A DNA stretch of 60,635 nucleotides, from assembly GCA_018664115.1 (NCBI GenBank), contig JABJOX010000050.1, positions 1 to 60,635 on the forward strand, given 5' to 3'. The position numbers and the translations under genes are program-made. Below the pieces are notes generated by a model. It had not been told where the DNA came from. It searched no databases and was given only the letters and a program-made list of their open reading frames with translations. This DNA is from Candidatus Woesearchaeota archaeon. GTDB lineage: Archaea; Nanobdellota; Nanobdellia; Woesearchaeales; GW2011-AR9. This document shows positions 54,668 to 60,635 of the stretch, piece by piece; position 1 is the first letter of the stretch, and every line of letters begins with the position of its first letter.

Positions 54668-55318
54668 TTATTTTATTCTGAAGAACTTCTCTGCAAAGAG
54701 AGTTCTAATTTTAAATCCATTCTTAATTGCTCTAAATAATAAAAGTAAAAAAGGATAAGCAACATGAACTTTCTGACTACGGAATGATTTTAACGCTTTC
54801 AATTTCAATGAAAAAGTTTTTGTAATATTAACATACAATGAAGGCCAATTAGTTTTAAATGAAACTGGATTCCAAACAGAATAAACATACAGTTCTGGTT
54901 TAAAATCGAGTTTTTCGTAAAGGTCCAAAGTGATTTGATACACGGCTTTATGATCAGGATGAGGGTCTTCAATACTATGCGTGAATATTTTTGTAGGTTT
55001 CTCTTTATTTATTTTTTTTAATAACTCTTTTTCTAATCCTCTCTCTTGATAATGTTCTAAGAATTTCATTTCTCCCAAGTCATAGATGTCAGTTTTACAA
55101 CCTAAAAGGTCGCTGGCTTCCAAAGCTTCTTTTGAACGCATATCTTGAACAACTTTCTCTTTCAACCAAGGATGAGACTTCTCACCATGAGAAAATACTA
55201 TAGAAGTTACTTTTTTACCATCTTGAGCATAATTAGCGATAGCACCACCTGCACCAATAACAAAATCGTCTGAATGCGAACCGAAGACAATGATAGATTC
55301 CCTCTTTTTTTGTGGCAT
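54668..55318 (-). CDS. PIG-L/LmbE-family N-acetylglucosaminyl deacetylase
   Basis: VFGSHSDDFVIGAGGAIA and EDPHPDH. Confidence 0.8.
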   Translation of the reverse strand: MPQKKRESIIVFGSHSDDFVIGAGGAIANYAQDGKKVTSIVFSHGEKSHPWLKEKVVQDMRSKEALEASDLLGCKTDIYDLGEMKFLEHYQERGLEKELLKKINKEKPTKIFTHSIEDPHPDHKAVYQITLDLYEKLDFKPELYVYSVWNPVSFKTNWPSLYVNITKTFSLKLKALKSFRSQKVHVAYPFLLLLFRAIKNGFKIRTLFAEKFFRIK

Positions 55319-55402
55319 TTTAGGAAGAAAGTTATTTTATTTTATAATATTATTGTTTTCGTAAGTAACTTTTATAAATAACTAGCAAATTAAACCTATT
55401 AC

Positions 55403-55510
55403 GCGCCTGTAGTTTAATGGCTAGAATCCGGGCCTTCCATAAGGTCTGTAGTCAACTACTCACTTTGATGTGAGCCTGTGATCTGGGTTCGAATCCCAGC
55501 AGGCGCACCA
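55403..55510 (+). tRNA. tRNA-Gly(UCC) with a 33-nt intron at 37/38 and an encoded CCA
   Basis: Acceptor GCGCCUG/CAGGCGC plus A plus CCA. Anticodon stem CGGGC/GCCUG with loop CUUCCA[33 nt]A. T-arm CUGGG-UUCGAAU-CCCAG. Confidence 0.88.
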
Positions 55511-55519
55511 TTTTCCTAT

Positions 55520-55876
55520 TTATGGTTTTAATGTTACAATTAAATTTCCAGGTAGAAGAGTGACTTTTCTTTTAAACTTTTTATTTTCATACAAAGAAGT
55601 TGCTTCTTTCGCAGTTAAATTAGTTTGAATAAGACCATACATTTCAGCAAAATCATAATTTTGTTCATGGCCATTTTGAAAAGAATTCAAATAGGTCTTC
55701 AATTGTCCCATCAAATTTTTATGATTACCAAGAGGGATTACAACTCTTGTTTTTCCATTATCAGAACAAACAGAATAAGTTTCAGGGATTTTATTAATTA
55801 AAATTAGCAAATCAACTGATTTTTTAGATTTACTTTTTTTAAGTTTTTCTTTAAACTTATCTGCAATGTCTGTCAT
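55520..55876 (-). CDS. hypothetical protein
   Basis: 118-aa ORF. Confidence 0.5.
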   Translation of the reverse strand: MTDIADKFKEKLKKSKSKKSVDLLILINKIPETYSVCSDNGKTRVVIPLGNHKNLMGQLKTYLNSFQNGHEQNYDFAEMYGLIQTNLTAKEATSLYENKKFKRKVTLLPGNLIVTLKP

Positions 55877-55993
55877 TTTATTGATTGCTCTGAAATTCTT
55901 TTCAAAAATTAGAAATTACTATTTAAATACTTAGGTAACAGAGTAGTAAATATTATATACTAATAATATTTTCTTGGGTATAGGTGATAGACA

Positions 55994-56293
55994 ATGAAGC
56001 TTACTATTGATACAAAACATGACACTCATGATGATATTCGTAAAGTATTACACATTCTAACGCACATCCTGGAAAAGAAAGAAGGAAGTGTTGATTTAGA
56101 TTCTGAAAGATTAAATTCTGCTAGTTCTAATTCTGAACCATCTGACACGGGAAACTTAATGAGCATGTTTGCCAATCCCGGCGAGAAGAAAGAACCGGAA
56201 ACAGATACGGCCCCAGACTTTTCTGGTTTCATGAATCTAGTTAACAAGAAAGAAGAAGATGAAAACGAAGAACCGAAGTTACAGTTTTTCTAG
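55994..56293 (+). CDS. hypothetical acidic protein
   Basis: 99-aa ORF ending ..NEEPKLQFF*. Confidence 0.5.
   Translation: MKLTIDTKHDTHDDIRKVLHILTHILEKKEGSVDLDSERLNSASSNSEPSDTGNLMSMFANPGEKKEPETDTAPDFSGFMNLVNKKEEDENEEPKLQFF
56261..56293 (+). repeat. 33-nt direct repeat, copy 1 (3' end of 55994-56293)
   Basis: GA-N-AACGAAGAACCGAAGTTACAGTTTTT-N-TAG. The 26-nt core (56264-56289) is identical to 56952-56977. Confidence 0.9.
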
Positions 56294-56378
56294 GTTGTTA
56301 GCTTTTGTTAAGTTTAATTTGGTTTTAGGCATTTTTATGATTATTAACTGGCAAAAAATAATCTAAAAAGAAGTAATC

Positions 56379-56849
56379 TCATCTATTTGATAATTCATGT
56401 AATTTTATTCCAAGCCTCTTTTCTTCGGCTATTAATCCTAACAAAAAAATTTTAATAGACTCTAATTCAGATTTCAATTCTTTCCAATCCTGAAATCTTT
56501 TACCCTGTTCTCTTAATATTTCTAAAATGTTTTGTTTACCAGGATGCGCTCCTAACTTCCATCTTTTCGCTTCAGGAACTCTGTCCCACCCAGTAAACTC
56601 TTCACTAATTTCTAAAATTTTTGAATACTTTTTCTCTCCAGAATCTACTTTTTCTAAAACTACCTGAATGGTTTCTGCCATATCTCTATCAAAAATCTGA
56701 TACTCACCACTATTAATTATTTTCAAGATAGAACGTATGTCCTTTGCTTCCGTTCCTTTCATTAATTTCTCAAGAAGAAGATAGCCATTCTCCACCCAAT
56801 TACTAGACACTACTTTCTTCTTTCTTGAAAATATATTCAATAATCTCAT
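56379..56849 (-). CDS. hypothetical protein (lies between the 33-nt direct repeats)
   Basis: 156-aa ORF. Confidence 0.5.
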   Translation of the reverse strand: MRLLNIFSRKKKVVSSNWVENGYLLLEKLMKGTEAKDIRSILKIINSGEYQIFDRDMAETIQVVLEKVDSGEKKYSKILEISEEFTGWDRVPEAKRWKLGAHPGKQNILEILREQGKRFQDWKELKSELESIKIFLLGLIAEEKRLGIKLHELSNR

Positions 56850-56915
56850 TATTTTTGTAATTCCATACTAATTATTAAACTTTTCGCATAATAATTTTCC
56901 TTGTTAAACAAATAT

Positions 56916-56954
56916 CTAAAACACCCATAGCAATCCTAATAAAATCAAGATAAC
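56916..56954 (-). pseudogene. relic copy of the 3' end of the MgtC-family gene
   Basis: 34 of 39 aligned nt match 57416-57460, with one 6-nt gap. Encodes VILILLGLLWVF* versus VVLILLGLGLLWVF* in the intact gene. An in-frame TAA lies a few codons upstream. Confidence 0.6.
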
Positions 56955-56981
56955 GAAGAACCGAAGTTACAGTTTTTTTAG
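56949..56981 (+). repeat. 33-nt direct repeat, copy 2 (orphan copy of a gene 3' end)
   Basis: Encodes DNEEPKLQFF* in the same frame as copy 1 but is attached to no ORF. Confidence 0.9.
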
Positions 56982-56987
56982 AACTGA

Positions 56988-57392
56988 TTACTTCATAATC
57001 CAATCTTTTGCTTTCTTTGGCCACCCTTGTAAAGCTAACAAAGCAAGTGGTGCCGCCCAATTTGCAGATCTTTCAACAAAATCCCAAATTGGTTCTCCAG
57101 CTATTGGTCTCATCAAAGCAGTCCAAAATCCCCATGCCGCTGCCCAAACCAACACTATCCGCAAAGGATACAAAAGTGCAATCAATGCAACAACAATATC
57201 CATTATTCCAATCAAGGGCAACAAAACAGTTCCAACTGACTCTGATAAACCTACAGCTGTAAAGTATGGCAACCAACTTTGTTTAACTTGTAACGCAAAA
57301 ATTCCATGTCCGAAAAAACTTCCAAATACTCCAAGACGAAGTAAACCTTCCCCGGTTGTAAAAAATTCTTTAATTTTCATTATCGTCACCAT
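56988..57392 (-). CDS. small integral membrane protein (DoxX-like?)
   Basis: 134 aa, about 4 TM segments. The family call is weak. Confidence 0.45.
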   Translation of the reverse strand: MVTIMKIKEFFTTGEGLLRLGVFGSFFGHGIFALQVKQSWLPYFTAVGLSESVGTVLLPLIGIMDIVVALIALLYPLRIVLVWAAAWGFWTALMRPIAGEPIWDFVERSANWAAPLALLALQGWPKKAKDWIMK

Positions 57393-57415
57393 TTAATATA
57401 TGTAAAGCACTATTT

Positions 57416-58660
57416 TTAAAACACCCATAACAACCCTAATCCCAACAAAATCAGGACAACATAAAACGCTAAAATAATTTTACCAAACTTCTTTCTATCT
57501 CCGAAGATATAAGCAATTCCGCCTTTCACGCCCACATTGGTTAAAGCCGCTAAAACGATTCCGTTACGAGCAGTTTCTAAGGACAAAGTAGTTTTCGCTA
57601 GCTGTGATAAAGAAACAGTAATCGCATCCACATCAGCGAATCCGGAGATGAAACTTACCAAATAAACTCCTCTTGAAGATAAGTAAACATCAGCTAGTTT
57701 TACTAAAGCTAAAATTACGGCAAAGAAAGCACCGAACTTTAATGCTGGTCCTAACGTGAAAGGAGAAGATAATTCAACTTTACCTTTAGCATCTTTAGCT
57801 TTTCTCCATAACAAGTATGAAAAGATTGAACAAACAACTATTAAAATTGAAATGGGGCCAATAACTTTTGGTAATAAGGCTCGATTAATAACAAACACTT
57901 CAATAAGAATTCTGATAAACATAATTGTATTAGCTAAAATGACTCCCAAGACAAGAGCAAGATAAATTTTCTTTTCTTTTTTACTTCTGGCTGCGAAACT
58001 TGAAGTAACTGCGGTGCTACTTACTAAACCACCAAGAATTCCTGCCAACTCAATTCCTTTCTCGCCAAACCATTTCATCAACACATAACCAGCAAAACCA
58101 ATTCCGGAAATGAAAACTACCATCAGCCAAATAACGTAAGGGTTAAACATTTCATGAGGACCATAGCCATGATTTGGTAATAAAGGAAGAATAACAAAAG
58201 CAATCACGGCAAACTTTAAGGTATCAGCCATTTCCTGTTTCTTAATCTTTTCAGCAAAATGATGTAATATTGATCTGGCATAAAGAATAATCGTAATCGC
58301 AACTGCTAAAACAATAGCAAGTGTAATTTCGTTATAATAAGCTAAAACTCCTAAAAAGAAAGTAAGAAAACCAGCCATTTCTGAAGTAGCACCAAAATGT
58401 GCTTTTGAACTTTTAACAATTACATAATAAGCAACAATAACTAAAATTCCTGCCAATAAAATTCCGACAATTAAAATCCATGGCGAGATTAAATCTCCAA
58501 GATAGGCAGAAAGTGCTCCGAAAAGAGCGATCAAAGGAAAAGTTCTAATCCCTGCATAATCATGACCACGTTTTCTAAAACGTGCATATTCACGTTCTAA
58601 ACCAATTAATGCACCTAAACCTAAAGCAATAAGAAAATTTTGTAAGATATTTAATTCCAT
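57416..58660 (-). CDS. MgtC/SapB-family membrane protein with a DUF4010-like C-terminal half
   Basis: N-terminus LIALGLGALIGLEREY. Polytopic throughout. Confidence 0.7.
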   Translation of the reverse strand: MELNILQNFLIALGLGALIGLEREYARFRKRGHDYAGIRTFPLIALFGALSAYLGDLISPWILIVGILLAGILVIVAYYVIVKSSKAHFGATSEMAGFLTFFLGVLAYYNEITLAIVLAVAITIILYARSILHHFAEKIKKQEMADTLKFAVIAFVILPLLPNHGYGPHEMFNPYVIWLMVVFISGIGFAGYVLMKWFGEKGIELAGILGGLVSSTAVTSSFAARSKKEKKIYLALVLGVILANTIMFIRILIEVFVINRALLPKVIGPISILIVVCSIFSYLLWRKAKDAKGKVELSSPFTLGPALKFGAFFAVILALVKLADVYLSSRGVYLVSFISGFADVDAITVSLSQLAKTTLSLETARNGIVLAALTNVGVKGGIAYIFGDRKKFGKIILAFYVVLILLGLGLLWVF

Positions 58661-58713
58661 CTGACCTCTTTTTAATTAAGGATATTATTTCGCTTTATAT
58701 TTGTTACTATTTT

Positions 58714-59382
58714 TTATGATCCAGTACATTCTTCTTTGACACTCTTCACAGTAAACGTAAACTGTATTGATTTCATATTTGGATGAGTTATCACTTCACT
58801 TTTCTCACCAACTTTAACAGTTACGTATTGTTCATTGACTATTTTTCCTGAATACTTTTTCTTAATACTTACAGGAACAATAATATCATCTCCGGGACAA
58901 TAATTTGGACCGGTTACAAGTTTCCATTCAATAGCACCAGCAGCAGTATAATCCCCTTTTCCACGGTTAAGAGTAAAGGTTTGTTTATCGCTTGTTTCTA
59001 AGACAACGGAATTAAAATTACATTTTTTTGTACAACCTTCCGTCACATATAGATTAGCAACAGTGCCACATTCACCATCAATACAAGATTCATCCCAAGC
59101 ACAATCAGAATTTTGAATACATTCAGGTTCATCTTTTGTTGAAGTTTTTGTTCCGGTTGCTGTATCTGAATCTGAAATTGAAGTTTTCTTTCCTGCTGAA
59201 ACAGTTGTTCCTGAATCTTGCGCATCTGGGTTATTGGGATCATCTTTGTCTACAGTGGCAGGAGGAGTAGAATCAGAATCGTCTGTTGCATCTAAAAGAT
59301 AATCTAAAACTGTACCACAACCAACTAAGAAAATACTTAAAACAATTAAACTAATAATTAATACTTTTCGCATTATGTTCAC
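58714..59382 (-). CDS. secreted lipoprotein with Thr/Ser/Asp-rich linker and a Cys-rich domain
   Basis: Lipobox FLVGCG. CIQNSDCAWDESCIDGECG. Confidence 0.5.
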   Translation of the reverse strand: MNIMRKVLIISLIVLSIFLVGCGTVLDYLLDATDDSDSTPPATVDKDDPNNPDAQDSGTTVSAGKKTSISDSDTATGTKTSTKDEPECIQNSDCAWDESCIDGECGTVANLYVTEGCTKKCNFNSVVLETSDKQTFTLNRGKGDYTAAGAIEWKLVTGPNYCPGDDIIVPVSIKKKYSGKIVNEQYVTVKVGEKSEVITHPNMKSIQFTFTVKSVKEECTGS

Positions 59383-59535
59383 CTCTAATGTAAAGAAGAA
59401 AATTTATATACTTAAAAAGATTTCCTTTAACAGATGAAGAAAGCAAATAGTGGATCGTCATTTATAATATTAGTAATTCTAATCATAATCATGGTAGCTA
59501 TTTATCTGTGGTTGACAGGATATCAACCGTAAGAA

Positions 59536-60635
59536 TTAAACTTTACTGAACCAAACCTGGAACTTTTCCCATTTAACTTTAAATTCAGCTTGTTGTTCGT
59601 GTTTCTTTACAGAATTAACAATAGAGATTTCCATTTTGTCAGCGCCAACTTTTTCTTCAATCTCTTCTTTATAGTTTTCTAAGGCTTCTCTCATTTCTTT
59701 ACTTGTTTTGATAAACAATACAATTTGATCTAACTTCTCAAAACCGGCCTTCTTTCTTAGTTGTTGAACATTTCTGGTAACTTCTCGGGAATAACCTTCT
59801 GCTTCTAATTCTTCAGTTCTTTCAGTATTTAAATATACTTGGCCAAACTTAAATTCACCCTCTTTATAAATTTCTGGAACATCTCTCTCAACATTAACCA
59901 TATCTCTAGTAACTTTTATTTTTTCACCATTAACTTCAAAATTGTAAACATTATCTTTTTCCAAATGGCCAATAACAGTTTCAGGACTATCGATAGTTAA
60001 TTTTGTAATAATTGCTGGTGCTAATGCCCCGTATGCTTTACCAATTTTCCCACCATCAGCTTTAATGATTGATTTTACTCCTGGTAAAGATTCCATTACA
60101 CTAACTTCTTTAGTATTAGTTTGTTTCTTAATAATATCTTTTAATTCTGCTACTGCTTGTTGTACTTCTTTCTTCTTACTAACAACAACAATTTCTTTTA
60201 CTGGCCATCTTAAACCAAGTTTAGCTTTCTCTCTAGCGTTTAATGCTGATTGAATAATTTGTTTAGCAGATTCTATTTGCTCTTCTAACTCTAAGTTTAT
60301 TTTTTCTTCATCAACTTTTGGAAATTGATAATGGATAATACTTTCCGTTTTCAAACCAAATTCTTCTTTCAAGTTTTGATAAATAGCTTCACTAATAAAA
60401 GGGGAGATAATATTGAAAGCTTTTAATAATTTTAGTAAAACGTTATAGATGGTATAAATTACAACTTCCTTATCTTGATCTTCACCTAACGAAGCTTTAT
60501 CTCTAACCATTTGGATATAAGTTCTACTTAACTCTAAGAACAGTTCTTCTAAAGGAGCGATAGTTTCATCGAAACGATATTCTTCAAATAGTTCTGTAAC
60601 GTTTTTTATTGTTGAGTTTAATTTAGAGAAAATAT
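59536..60635 (-). CDS. ileS: isoleucyl-tRNA synthetase, C-terminal part (5' end outside the window)
   Basis: Frame is open to the window edge (..EEYRFDETIAPLEELFLELSRTYIQMVRDK..). The anticodon-binding-domain pattern is typical of class Ia IleRS. ValRS/LeuRS are not fully excluded. Confidence 0.75.
   Translation of the reverse strand, partial: IFSKLNSTIKNVTELFEEYRFDETIAPLEELFLELSRTYIQMVRDKASLGEDQDKEVVIYTIYNVLLKLLKAFNIISPFISEAIYQNLKEEFGLKTESIIHYQFPKVDEEKINLELEEQIESAKQIIQSALNAREKAKLGLRWPVKEIVVVSKKKEVQQAVAELKDIIKKQTNTKEVSVMESLPGVKSIIKADGGKIGKAYGALAPAIITKLTIDSPETVIGHLEKDNVYNFEVNGEKIKVTRDMVNVERDVPEIYKEGEFKFGQVYLNTERTEELEAEGYSREVTRNVQQLRKKAGFEKLDQIVLFIKTSKEMREALENYKEEIEEKVGADKMEISIVNSVKKHEQQAEFKVKWEKFQVWFSKV

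Noticed and set aside
56875-57060. 61-aa minus-strand ORF
   Set aside because: It overlaps the 3' part of the 134-aa membrane-protein gene in another frame and runs across the two relic gene-end copies. It is most likely spurious.

Overview
This is a strongly AT-rich archaeal chromosomal segment, best explained as a small-genome DPANN-type archaeon. Support comes from archaeal/eukaryal-type housekeeping genes (Bud32 kinase, ribosomal protein L15e, Sec11-type signal peptidase, archaeal-type ProRS, IleRS, SepF, PolX, FlaI/PilB-type ATPase). All three tRNA genes carry bulge-helix-bulge-type introns, and tRNA-Gln has two. TATA-like boxes sit about 25-30 nt upstream of many start codons, so most mRNAs are probably leaderless or short-leader. 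There are roughly 60 protein-coding genes, about half without recognisable function. Many products look secreted or surface-exposed (S8 protease with PKD domains, CARDB-like proteins, LysM proteins, a PLD-family lipoprotein). The most unusual content is: (1) a 9.2-kb operon (2836-11998) with an SNF2 helicase / methyltransferase-like fusion followed by six translationally coupled genes built entirely from two short repeat modules, joined by identical 8-nt stop/start overlaps; (2) two homologous GC-rich structured RNA loci (13.1-13.4 kb minus strand, 48.3-48.4 kb plus strand) that I cannot assign to a known RNA family; (3) a secreted two-HKD PLD protein co-operonic with three small paralogous proteins; (4) an ArmA/Rmt-type 16S rRNA methyltransferase homologue; (5) rearrangement footprints (an msrB relic and nested duplications of gene 3' ends at 56.2-57.5 kb). 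I recognised no CRISPR array, rRNA gene, transposase, integrase or reverse transcriptase.
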